A stretch of 64,000 bases of DNA from contig CM097882.1 of NCBI GenBank assembly GCA_044892505.1, forward strand, positions 393,142,001 to 393,206,000. Direction: 5' to 3'. The DNA comes from Schmidtea nova. Its lineage: Eukaryota. Positions 45,841 through 58,019 of this stretch are shown here, in pieces; within the stretch, counting starts at the first letter, position 1, and each line of letters opens with the position of its first letter. Made by a program: the position numbers and the translations under genes. The notes under the pieces are model-generated. The model was not told the origin of the DNA. It saw only the letters and a list, made by a program, of their open reading frames with translations, and ran no database searches.

Positions 45841-48800
45841 TGATATTTTATTATCATATTCGTACTCGGCTCCCTACATAGCAATTTCACTTGTTAATTC
45901 TTTATTTTGAATTTTTCAAATTTTGAATTAATTTTTGAACATTAATTATTCTTTTTTGATTTTGTGTTTTTTAATTGATTTGCAGTTTTTGTGCTTTTTA
46001 TTTTATTTGATGCTTATATAAGCATGACCCCAACATAAGCTAAGAGCATTTCTCATATCTGTGCTTAACCCTGGCCAAAATTGGTCCTTAATAATTGCTC
46101 TAGTTGTTTCATTCCACTCTGCTCTAGCTCTAAATGGTCTTTCCGCTAATAAATTTACTTGGCAGACTAATTCCCCTACATTACCCCCCTTGATTTTGCT
46201 TTCTATTATAAAATTTCTGTCTCTGTATTATGGTGGCATCCTCTGGTAAAATTCCGTAGGTCGATGCAACTCACAAATTACTCCGTTATACTGGATGGTC
46301 ACCTAAAATAACATCATTGTATTTCTCTCTGGCCATCCCCTTTAAATATAACAATAAACTCAAAATCATCACGATTTCGGGAATTCCTTATGCTCTTGCC
46401 ATCTGGAAATATTCGGACATAAACTCGAGAAAATCCCCTGGGTTCCTATTAAAAGATTTTATTGGTATCGTTGGGTGCCTCATAAACTCTGCTGCTTGTC
46501 CCCGCGCTCCTATTTGTAAATAATTTCTAATGGATCAAAATATGCCATTTTATTGTTTATCGCGCTCACCAAAATGTTATGTTCAACGAGAAAAGGGCTG
46601 AAAATAACACAAGTAATTTTGTGAGTTAAATTATTTATTAATCGATTTATTTATTTATTGATATGACTCCAAATTATCCTATTATCTTTATAAATAAATA
46701 CATTACTATTTGGTTGTGTTGAATATCTAATGATATTATTAAATCAAAACTCTCTCCCTTCACGTGAGAAAACACAAAAACAACATAAAACAATATATTA
46801 ATTCAGTTAAATCGTAAGACAGAAAAATTCAAGAAATTTTATCTGAAAATCATTTTAATTTTACGAGAATAAATTACGAAAAAGATCAAAGGAAAATACT
46901 TTATATAAAATTTCAAAAACAGAATTATAATAGTAAAATGAAATGATAATAAACAAATCGGAAGATGAGTCACTTTATTCAAAATTATTCAGTCTGTGTC
47001 CTCATTTTATCCCACCCTTTTCCGCTTATGTTACAATTTTAGGGGCCTGTTCTTACCTTTTTTGGGACCCTGAACATTCACACCATTCGTAAAGTATCAA
47101 TTTGTTATATGAGACGGTGTTAGTCGCGATGGAGGCCATGTAAACGCTGATGCCATGCAACCTATCTAAAGCTTTTGCGTCCATTAACTGGTGGGATTTT
47201 TAGTATGACTACAATTTCCCCGCAATTCTTTACGATAATCTTCTGTAGGAATGGACTACGAACTATCTTCGAAAATTTCCTTTTCATTCTTAGTTGGAAT
47301 CGATTCTTCCATAACGAACATCAATACGGCTACTAATTCTGGTAGCTCCTAAAACGAATGAATAAATTTCAGGAAAATTTTATTGCAATTATATTATTAC
47401 TTCACCGCATCTATCGAAGCTTGGTAAGTGGAGTTCCTCTCATCTACTTGTGTAACTTAATATTGCTTTGCTACACTACATGTACTTTAGCAGGAAAGGA
47501 GACTCATTGATGAAATTACTTTAGTGATATTTATCTAAACGGTTTTATTCTCACATTAAGTTGAAATAGTAATTATCGTAGTAATTATTTCAGTCAATAT
47601 TGTTCTGGATTTCTAGAGAATAGTTGTTTGTTAGGTCCGTCAAAAAACTGAAACTAAGGATTGTTACACACGTTCTACGCATATTTATATCGGAGCACAC
47701 ACCTGAAGAGTCCCAATTGGTGCGCGTTACAATTTTCGCTTTGTCTTTGTTGTGTGTCGAACGATGACTCACTGAATTTAATGTTGAACTGAGTCGTCAG
47801 GTTGTTTGAACAATTGAATGTATTGTTTATGTGCAAGGGTGACTACTCAGTCAATTAAAATCATTTATTTCCCAATTTAAGTTAAATTAAAATTTTCGAA
47901 TTTGCATTAAATATGAAATATTTGTTTTCATTAGAATTAATTATCATTTTATTTCGCCTTCAAATATTTCTCTTTACGACAGTATCTGCGTTTTATTTGT
48001 CAATAACACATACATGCGTGTTGAATTCGCCCTTTACTTGTTCATTGAATGTAATTCCAATTAGAATTTAGAACCACAATGGTTGCCATTGTTCGATTAG
48101 TTTTTGTATTGTGATAATGTAATATTTTTTTAACTTTAAATTCAGAAGTTCACACCCAGCGAGTTACTTGTCGACATAATTATAAAAGGTCAATGAAGAG
48201 TAGCTAGTAAATTAGGACAGAAGAATATCTATACCTTGTTGTCTAGATGCATTCATATTCTGTTTATTTTATTGATATGGTTTTTCATCACTATTCAAAT
48301 TTCATAAATGATTTTAATATATAATTTAATTAATTTATCCACGGGAATTTTTTTGTTTTGCTGTTGCAAACTATCAATTACTGCCAGTCTGTAACATGTT
48401 GGATATTTTGTTTTGTTGCAATAACTTGGTCAGTCTCATGTTAACACTTGTTTGTATTATTATAAATTTATTATTCATTGTGTATATTTTGAAATTATTA
48501 TGTCAATTTATGGTTTAAAGATTTTTCTCTCTAGGATCAAAACAGAACTCTCTATATTACTACTGTTAATTCTGTTTGGGGACCTGTTAAAACTTATCCG
48601 ACTATGCTTTGAAGCTTATTCAGTTAATTCATATCATGGGATCATCCAAAAAGAATGTCTCAGAAAGATTTTCTTTAATGAACAAATGTTAAAAATGAGG
48701 ACTACATTGAGAATAGCGTTCGTTTCAAAAAAAATATAATTACTGTATAATAACAATGATGATTTATAATAATAATTATGATAATAATAATAATAATATA

Positions 48801-48843
48801 ATATTAATAATTAACAACAAATGACAATCCAAATATATATTTT

Positions 48844-48884
48844 GCACAATATATTTCGAGAACTTAATTCTCTTCATCAGGTGC
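48844..48884 (-). ncRNA. Variant type I hammerhead ribozyme (family 2, minus)
   Basis: GCAC-CTGATGA-A-GAGAAT TAA GTTCTC-GAAA-TATATT-GTGC. Confidence 0.75.
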
Positions 48885-49723
48885 TACCCAATCTTACATC
48901 GAAATATAAATCACTTAAATCGATTTATTCGAACAAATTAGTATTAATTTTTAAAATAAAATATATATTTTAAATTCTATTATAGTCAAAAAATTTATAT
49001 CGTTTAAAAATTTAAAAATTTAAATAAATCAATCTTAAAAATATAATATTCTTTTATTTTTATACAAAAAAAAAAAAAGTTTTCTGTATTGCTCTTTGCT
49101 CTGTTCTCGTTTATATTTTCAAACGTCATGGGTGAAATGCCACATACATTGGAAAAGACTGCCCGTCTTCTCTGTATTCGAGTTTCAGAGCGGAGTCAAT
49201 TAATGGGATTTAGCGTTGTTTTCAGTCATATCGTTGTTTGTGAATATGTGAGTATGAGAGTTTTGAGTCCGTGTGTTTGCCTCATTTTTTGCGGTTTAAG
49301 TAAATTAACTGATGTGGTTGTTGATGATGTTTATTTTCTTCTTTTGATTTGTGTTCTATACTCGTTTAATTTTTCAAATGTCATGGGTGTAATGCCACAT
49401 ACTTTGGACAAGACTGACCGTCTTTTCTGTACTCGAGTTTTAGAGCATTTTCAATTGGGGATTATGGATTTCGTTTTCAATCATTCTGTTGTTTATAAAT
49501 ATGAAAATATTTATAATATATTCTTAAAAAAAATATTTTTTTGTATAAAAATAAAAGAATATTATATTTTTAAGATTAATTTATTTAAATTAAAAACTTT
49601 TAAATAGATATAAATTTTTTGACTATAATAAAATTTAAAATATATATTTTATTTTAAAAATTAATACTAATTTGTTCGAATAAATCGATTTAAGTGATTT
49701 ATATTTCGATGTAAGATTGGGTA

Positions 49724-49764
49724 GCACCTGATGAAGAGAATTAAGTTCTCGAAATATATTGTGC
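49724..49764 (+). ncRNA. Variant type I hammerhead ribozyme (family 2, plus)
   Basis: Identical to the minus copy. Stem I GCAC/GTGC, palindromic ATATAT stem III, AUU cleavage triplet, predicted cut after 49760. Confidence 0.75.
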
Positions 49765-52700
49765 AAAATATATATTTGGATTGTCATTTGTTGTTAATTA
49801 TATTAGTGCCATGCTGGTTGTGTTATGTATTAAAGAATAATATTAATAATTATAATGATAATAATAATAATGATAATATTAATAATTATAATGATGATAA
49901 TAATATTAATAATAAATAATAATAATAATATTATTACTATAAATAATCATTGTTATATAGTAGTAGTGATAATAATTATAATTTTTTGAAACGAACACTA
50001 TTCTTAATGTAGTTTAAAAATGATGTTATGACTTTGGTAATCAGACAGCATGAAATTCTCATTTCCCATGTTTTGAGCTATTTGGTGAGCTATTTGATTA
50101 CCCAGTAAGACGGAAAAGGTCATTCGACGGTATTCCACCGCTTAAGTTATGCTTCTCTTACGTAGATGTGCTGGCGTTGGAATAGGCATGTAAAGTCATA
50201 TGTATAGATTTTATTGTCTTGCTACTAATAGTGTATGTGTCAAATTACGTCATAGGAGGTCTCGAATAAGAATTCAAGCTTAAATTTAATGTTTTAATAA
50301 AACAAAACCAATTTATTTTAGATTCATGGTTCGACTGATGGATTAAAAAATAATACAAGATAAAGAGTTGACCGAAATATTTTATATCAAACAATCAAAA
50401 AAAAATTTTGAAAATTATATGAAAATTATTTAATTAAAAATAATTATAAAAATTACTTTCAAATTCAAAATAACGATACTTGTGTCAATATTGATTTCAG
50501 TAGCTGTTTTATATACTGATATTTCAATAATCTTAAAATAGTCATTAAAACAAGAGGTTTTCTTTTAAAATGATAATAATTTAATTTGGTTTTTAAATTC
50601 TTTTCTATTCTCTTATTATTTTTCGAATATTTTAATAATAATTCCCAAATTTATTTGTACTAAAACTTTCACTATATTTAAAATCTGAATTTAATTTAAT
50701 ATATTTAATTTAAAAAATCCCACGTTTTATTTTTTATATTTTATGGAAAATTAATGTTGACAAATAGCGTACACACAACAAAATTGAGTGGGCAGTGAGC
50801 GGGTTAACTTACATAAATGAGATACGTAAGTAAATATAAATGATCACAAATGCGTTATCAACTTCACAGAGAGATGATCAGAAATAATAAATTATATATA
50901 AAAGTTAGAACACGAAATAAATGATAAAGGTAAAATGTTCAATTTAGTTCGACTTGAATTAGGTTATATAATTTCATAACTATTATGTTTTAATATCTTG
51001 CACATGTACATTTACTTTTATCCGATAATATTTATTTATTTCATAAATGTATATAGGTTTCGCGGTATCTAACAGATATGATGATCTATCTGTGAAAATG
51101 GGGAACTGTAATATTCAAATTCAGCGCACTACCTGCTAATTACATATTTAAAGAGTTGATATCAATCACAAGACAAGAATAATTATAATATTACATCAAA
51201 GAAGTAATCAGTCGAAGGAAATAAGAGCTTTATTGGTTTTTTGGATTGTGGCCAACTGGATCCGCAAAACTGACAACCATTTAGACTTTTATCTGATTTA
51301 TCACTAAATCGCGCATGACAAATATAATTATCTTTTTAGCGCGAATTTTACATGTTTTATCTACTTATATATATGATAGAAATACATGTTCAAAGTTCTC
51401 AGTGAAGAATTCTGGTTGTTTTAATTTCGACAAACGAAATTTCTTTCTAAATGAACAACGTTATCTATTTCAGTGGTCATTTAAGCATGTGTGACTAACA
51501 GTAGGAAACTTATTGGTTGACTATACACACTATACTCTGCAGCAATCTTGTGGGTATTGTACGCCATTTTGGCATATAATGAATATCGTCAAGTGTATAA
51601 ATTGAGTGTACAAAAGAAGAATTGATTTCTCGAATCTCTCCAAGGTCTACTACTATCTACTGTAGGAACTCCGAAAGTTACCCTCATCAAGCGACTAAAT
51701 AAAGATCTTAAAAATGTTTAACATTTATTAACTAGTTCCCAGAAAGGTTTAAAGAGTACCTATAAATTATAAACAGCCATAAAAGTTGAAAAGCTAAAAC
51801 ATTGAGTTTTAAGTTGTGCTCAAAGTCGAAAAAGCTTTGATTTGACACCATGGGATATTTGGTGGTGGATTTACTGAGTAACATTTATATTTACATGTAT
51901 CTTATCTATGTGAGTTAACAATTTTAGTAAGTAACAGAAAAGCGAAATGAAGTAAATAATACTAGAACCATGGATTAATTTTAAGAGATAATGATGAGCA
52001 CCAAAAGCAGAGATTAAGCTACATATAGGAGTTTGAATGAAAACACTGAAATTAAATTTCCTAGTGTTTCGAGTATCAGATTAAATTTATATCATTTTTA
52101 AACTAAGTCACTTTCCTATAAAGTCTTCTCACCTCGTTATCAACAAAATTCTGTATCGTTAAATGAAAACAATTGATACTAAGGCAACTTATGTATGCTA
52201 AAAATTGTTGTATGTTAGCTTTAAATAAACAGCAATTTCATAATTCATTGAAATTTATTATTTATGTTTCTTTCAACAAATAGTAATTTTAGAATAAAAA
52301 ATATTATTAAAACAAAAATCAAATGCCATACAAAATTCAAGAACTTTATTTGAAATCATAATTTTCACTGAAATTTAATATTTTAGGTAGTAACACAAAA
52401 TGTCAAATACAAGAAAATTTATAAAAAATATTTTTTTCAAAGCATAAATTTCAAAATTATAGTTAAGACTCGATAATCAAAACCATATCCGAATTGTTTC
52501 AAAACTTGTATAACACATAAATCAAACAATTCATGGATAGCAAAATCCACGATCGAATTTGAAACAATTAAATTAGAAAAATAACTACTCAGCAATTATA
52601 ATGGCATTTTAAAAACAGTTATTAATTATAAATCTAAATATAAAAAAATTAAGAAATTTCCGAGTTTTTTTGTACACTGGGATTCAGTAATACATTTAAA

Positions 52701-53314
52701 TGCATAACTTAATTAAATATTTTATAATTTTTTAATAGTTTCATTTTCATTAAATTTTCTCTTTTTGTTTTGATTATCAATAATATAACTATTTGAATAA
52801 TTATTTACATCACTATTGGAATAAACACTGGTAATTCTATAGGGTTGGTTGACTTTGATCTTTTCGACAGGATTTACTCGATAATGATTAATGCTAGTCC
52901 TAAAGAAAATTTTGTATTAAATCATCGTTAAAAATTATCATAAATCAAAGTTATTAGGACATTATTGGATCATGCTTTTATAAGTTAAACATGAAAATTT
53001 GAAATATTTATTTCTAATTGCAATAAGTGTTCCCACTGACTCACATTTTGACAACCACCTTACTATCAGGTATTGAAAGTCGAAATCTTTAGCGAAATTG
53101 AAAGTGAAAAAAGTATTTTCTCAGGATTCTTCAAAGAAAATTTTTCGATAAAATAAAACAGCTTTTTCGCTAAATAAGATTTTCCAGGTCGAATTACGTT
53201 AGAAAAAGAAGACGGTGATGGTTTAATAAAAGTAAAGCTATTAGTGAAATTGAATTAAGAATTTATGAAAGCATTATCGAAATAGCAGAGAAAAATGATA
53301 GAAAATAAAAACTT

Positions 53315-54224
53315 GGTAATCTTTTACTTTACCGGTCCTTGCTCGTAGTCTATAGGAACACACCTATTTTACTTTACCGGTCCTACATAGAAATATATTA
53401 TCTTAATAATTTCTTAATATTAATATTAAGATATAATTTTAAGATATTGATATTATTATTATCATTATTATTATTATTATTAATATTAATAATATAAAAT
53501 GGTGATTCCTTGGTAGCAGCATTAAGTATTAAATTAATTAATAGATAAGTAACAAAATAAGCCTTTGCTGCAAGAATAATTTTATTAATTGAGAAAATTA
53601 TTTTTGCAGCAAAGGCTTATTTTGTTACTNNNNNNNNNNNNNNNNNNNNNNNNNNNNNNNNNNNNNNNNNNNNNNNNNNNNNNNNNNNNNNNNNNNNNNN
53701 NNNNNNNNNNNNNNNNNNNNNNNNNNNNNNNNNNNNNNNNNNNNNNNNNNNNNNNNNNNNNNNNNNNNNNNNNNNNNNNNNNNNNNNNNNNNNNNNNNNN
53801 NNNNNNNNNNNNNNNNNNNNNNNNNNNNNNNNNNNNNNNNNNNNNNNNNNNNNNNNNNNNNNNNNNNNNNNNNNNNNNNNNNNNNNNNNNNNNNNNNNNN
53901 NNNNNNNNNNNNNNNNNNNNNNNNNNNNNNNNNNNNNNNNNNNNNNNNNNNNNNNNNNNNNNNNNNNNNNNNNNNNNNNNNNNNNNNNNNNNNNNNNNNN
54001 NNNNNNNNNNNNNNNNNNNNNNNNNNNNNNNNNNNNNNNNNNNNNNNNNNNNNNNNNNNNNNNNNNNNNNNNNNNNNNNNNNNNNNNNNNNNNNNNNNNN
54101 NNNNNNNNNNNNNNNNNNNNNNNNNNNNNNNNNNNNNNNNNNNNNNNNNNNNNNNNNNNNNNNNNNNNNNNNNNNNNNNNNNNNNNNNNNNNNNNNNNNN
54201 NNNNNNTTATTGTAATTATTATTA

Positions 54225-54287
<63 letters not shown>

Positions 54288-54388
54288 TTAATATTAATAA
54301 TAATAATGCTAATTGGTATGTTGTTTAAATCATTCAAAATTATATTGGATTACTTTGAATTTCGGGACCGGTAAAGTAAAAGATTACC
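53315..54388. repeat. 24-bp perfect inverted repeat pair enclosing AAT-rich/N sequence
   Basis: GGTAATCTTTTACTTTACCGGTCC (53315-53338) and GGACCGGTAAAGTAAAAGATTACC (54365-54388), with a partial third copy near 53368. No TSD found. Confidence 0.7.
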
Positions 54389-56443
54389 TAGACTTTATGT
54401 CAAGAAAGTCGACTTATTATTTCCTGAAATGGTATAAAATGTAGCCAGTGTTACTGCACTACCACCAATCCAAAACAGTGTTAAACAATTATCTTAACTG
54501 TGCGTTTAATTAATCTGATATGCAGGCTAATTTGAAAGAAGAACTTAGTAATACACCTATGGTTTCTCGATAGAGACATTAAGTAATTTACACGAATAAT
54601 TTATTTATTATTACTTTAAAATATTGAAAAGTTCAATAGTCAAAGTCAGTTTGTTTTGTTTTTATTTATCTTGTAACCATTCTACGTATTTATTCAAATG
54701 TATCATCATTTATCATAATTATTAAAAATTTACGTTTTCTACAATGTTATTCTTATATTTCATTTTTTTGTATTTTATTAGTGAAACGTCAAAAAAGCAA
54801 TATAACAATTGTTTATAAAGAAAGCTTAAAAAATATAAACTTACAATAAATGAAATGCAGACAAAAGGCATCATTGAACTTCTAACTGTAATTCTCGCAA
54901 ACACCTACTTTACATTTGAACAGAAAGTATACCAACAAGTGAGAGGCCTGCCAATGGGCTCTAGTATATCAGCAATACTAGCGATTTTATTCATGGATTA
55001 TCTCGAACAACAAACACTGATAACCATAAATACCATTGGTATATACGCAAGATATCTAGATGATATCTTTATCACGACAAATAGCAAAAAGGAAATGGGA
55101 GAAATATTTCGTATCTTCAATGCGGCACACAATGACATAAAATTTGAGATTGAATACCCGAAAGAAGACGGATCCCTCGAACTATTGGATCTGAGAATAA
55201 AAATAAACTCAGACACACCAACGTATGGGTTCTACAGAAAATCAGCCCGCAAAGAAATATTTATGCACCAAAGATCAGCACTTCCTCATCTGCAGAAGTT
55301 AAACTTTATTAGAAATGAGAGACAAAGGATAGCTAATCGATGCACAAATGAAGAGGACAATTCAGCACAGCAAACAATATTTACTGAAGTCTTGCATCGT
55401 AATGGATACCATAATATTAACGAGATCAACAAAGTAAAATTCAACCAGGGAAGGCAGAAAGACCTACAAAAGGAAAAGAAATATTTCTACCTTCGAATTC
55501 CTTTCATTAGTGACCAAATAAATTTCATGATCATCAAAGAACTTAATCTCACTGGCCTTCCGATTCGTTTGGCACATAGATCTAAGACATTAAGGCAAGC
55601 TCTAGCTAACAACACGAGAAAGGAAAATACATGTAAGATGGAAAATTGCCAAACACCAAAGAAATTATGCTTTCGCAAGAACATTGTCAATAGCATCATG
55701 TGCAATAAATGCAAAGAAATTTACATCGGAAGCACCCTTCGGACTCTGCTTCAGAGAATTAAAGAACATCTTGATCCTGGTGAAAAGTCATCTGTATATA
55801 GACATCTTCACCAATGTCAGACAGAAAATAAGGAAAAATTAATATCAGTGAGAATATTGACAAACGAAAACGACGAAAAAAATCTCAGACTTAAAGAAGC
55901 TATTCTCATTAGAGACAAACACCCAAAAATTAACTCTAAAAAGGAAGTTAGTGAAATCGCCCATTTACTATCTTGTTAAAAACATGTGGTTCTACAAAGA
56001 AGAAAGTAAAAAAGGAAGAGGGAAAAGGGGGAAGAAAAAAGATAGTTCAGAGAATTTATGGGCATTTTAAAGAGATATAATTTAATTTCAAAAAATTCAA
56101 ATATAAAGGCTTGGAAAATTGAAATATAAAATACACACTTTTATTTTTTTTACAGTTTTTATTTTAAATTTTTAACAAAAAACATTTAAAAAACAATTTA
56201 AAATTTAAAATTTATATTGATCAGATTAACATCCAATGAAAAAGAAGATAATTCACGAGAAAGAAACGGCAGAAATGAATAAAGATACCAGCTATTTGCC
56301 GAATTAGATATTGACGAGGATTATTTTATAATCGAAAATTTTCTCACTTAATAAAATTGTTTTTGCAGGAAAGGCTTATTTTGTTACTTATTTATTAATT
56401 AATTTAATACTTAATGCTGCTACCAAGGAATCACCATTTTATA
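53493..56443 (+). mobile_element. Penelope-like element, 5'-truncated, with inverted upstream pLTR
   Basis: 53493-~53595 is the reverse complement of ~56340-56443. A hairpin at 53548-53629 marks the inversion junction. The RT plus GIY-YIG ORF lies between. Confidence 0.85.
54855..55979 (+). CDS. Penelope-like reverse transcriptase (C-terminal part) plus GIY-YIG endonuclease
   Basis: GLPMGSSIS, RYLDDIF, LLDLRI, YRKS, then C..C.EIYIGST.RTL.QRIKEH and RL.EAILI...HPKIN. The N-terminal RT motifs are missing. Confidence 0.92.
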   Translation: MQTKGIIELLTVILANTYFTFEQKVYQQVRGLPMGSSISAILAILFMDYLEQQTLITINTIGIYARYLDDIFITTNSKKEMGEIFRIFNAAHNDIKFEIEYPKEDGSLELLDLRIKINSDTPTYGFYRKSARKEIFMHQRSALPHLQKLNFIRNERQRIANRCTNEEDNSAQQTIFTEVLHRNGYHNINEINKVKFNQGRQKDLQKEKKYFYLRIPFISDQINFMIIKELNLTGLPIRLAHRSKTLRQALANNTRKENTCKMENCQTPKKLCFRKNIVNSIMCNKCKEIYIGSTLRTLLQRIKEHLDPGEKSSVYRHLHQCQTENKEKLISVRILTNENDEKNLRLKEAILIRDKHPKINSKKEVSEIAHLLSC

Positions 56444-58019
56444 CAATCAATATAACACAGTAGCAAATAGTTTCATCGACCGAAACCCTCTTTAAAAATG
56501 AAAACTTTTCACGTCTCTTTGTTTATTTACTTGTTTGATAAAGGATTGAATAAAAATAAAAAATTTTATTTTGTCAGTTTAATCTACAAAATAATATTAA
56601 AATTTATTATCAGTTGCCTAAGTATATATATATATTTAATTAAATCTAAAACAGATAATGAGAAACTTGAGGCTGTTTTAGCACCTAAATATTGAATATC
56701 TGGAATTATAATGAACGACTTTAGGCATAGGTTGATTCAAATACATTTTAAGAGAAAATACTAACATCATGTTTGTGGTCTAGTAATATCGTCTTGTTTC
56801 CTAACATTATTTTTTAATTCTCCGCATACTTTATATAGCACATTTAAGATAAGAAATATTTTCTTCTTGCATACCACAAATTGTTGCTTTATGTACCACC
56901 AATGATATATGCACCACCGTTTTGGTATATCCTATTATCTGGAGATATTTAAAAAAATATTAATTCATTTGTTATTTTTTTCATGAAATATATAAAGTCT
57001 TGACAAAAGTATTTTTTGAAAGTATGATTTATATGTTCAAATCTTTTTTACTTTAAATGAAGATACTAATTCTATATGAAAATGATATTAAAATATTTAA
57101 AATCCACTGACGAATGTAATTATTCTTAAATATCTAGCGACATTGTTATAACTCTGTAAAAGTTAATATGACAAAGTCGTTATTGATCAAACCTATTCTA
57201 ATTGGACCAAAATATCTAATGACAGAAATTTTGAAGTGTCCGATGCAGAGAGCCTTGGACAACTTTCAAAGAATTCTTGAGAAGCGTCTTTTTTGCGCCC
57301 GTTATTCGATCAACTGAAGAGAACAATACACAGAAACGATGAATCATTCTTACAGAAGAATGAAACTGACAGCTAGATACCACATCATGAAAAAAAAATC
57401 ATAAAATGAAGCAAATAAATAAATAATATTTTTAAATGGCTCCAGATAACTAATCTGCTTTAAAGAAAACCACACGCTCACTATAATATATTAAATTTTG
57501 ATTTTAAAAAGTCCGTTCCAATGAATTTTAATATTACATAGAAATTTATTTTTAATCACTTCATGGAGGAAATCCAACTTCCCATATGCATGGCTCGTAC
57601 AGTTTGAGATTGTTAAGGAGAGCATAGCTTTCAAAGACGCTATGGAAATTGTGTTTTCCATTAATAACCAAATCTGTATTAATTTTGCTGTTAAATTTCA
57701 ATTATTGTAGAGTACTGATCAAGTGTATATAAAAACATTATGAATTATTGTCTATATTTTGATGGCCGTATATCGAAAACATTTTAGTTGTACATAGAAT
57801 CTGACTAGTAAACTAGGCGTACGGGAAACTCATACCATCACTTTGTCATCAAATAGGTGTAAGCACAGTTAAAATTTATAAAACCATCCCTATAGCGTTA
57901 AATAATTTAATACTATCAAATGGTTTCGGTTTTTGATTGAATTATTGACTAATATGAATACATCTGATAAATAATCTGACACATGTATAATATGATATAT
58001 GTATTTGTAAGATAAATAA

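Larger units (their letters stand above)
30424..46760 (-). mobile_element. Decayed relative of element 1 (element 2): pol internally deleted, gag interrupted by nested insertions, 5' LTR truncated
   Basis: 3' LTR 30424-31207 matches a partial 5' LTR starting at 46575, which is preceded by GCTCACCA-AAA as in element 1. Homologues of gag (46030-46540, 37900-38385), glycoprotein (34850-36740), protease (34160-34400) and ORF3 (31350-33915) lie in the same order. Confidence 0.9.
48701..50013. repeat. 1.3 kb imperfect palindrome: inverted arms, each with a hammerhead and AAT tail, around a duplicated ~240 bp spacer
   Basis: 48701-~49075 is the reverse complement of ~49525-50013. The spacer holds two diverged copies of ...TTTTCAAA.GTCATGGGTG.AATGCCACATAC.TTGGA.AAGACTG... 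Confidence 0.9.

Noticed and set aside
49089-49607. 172-aa ORF in the palindrome spacer
   Set aside because: It crosses a diverged tandem duplication and ends in AT-rich arm sequence, with no motif. Probably fortuitous.
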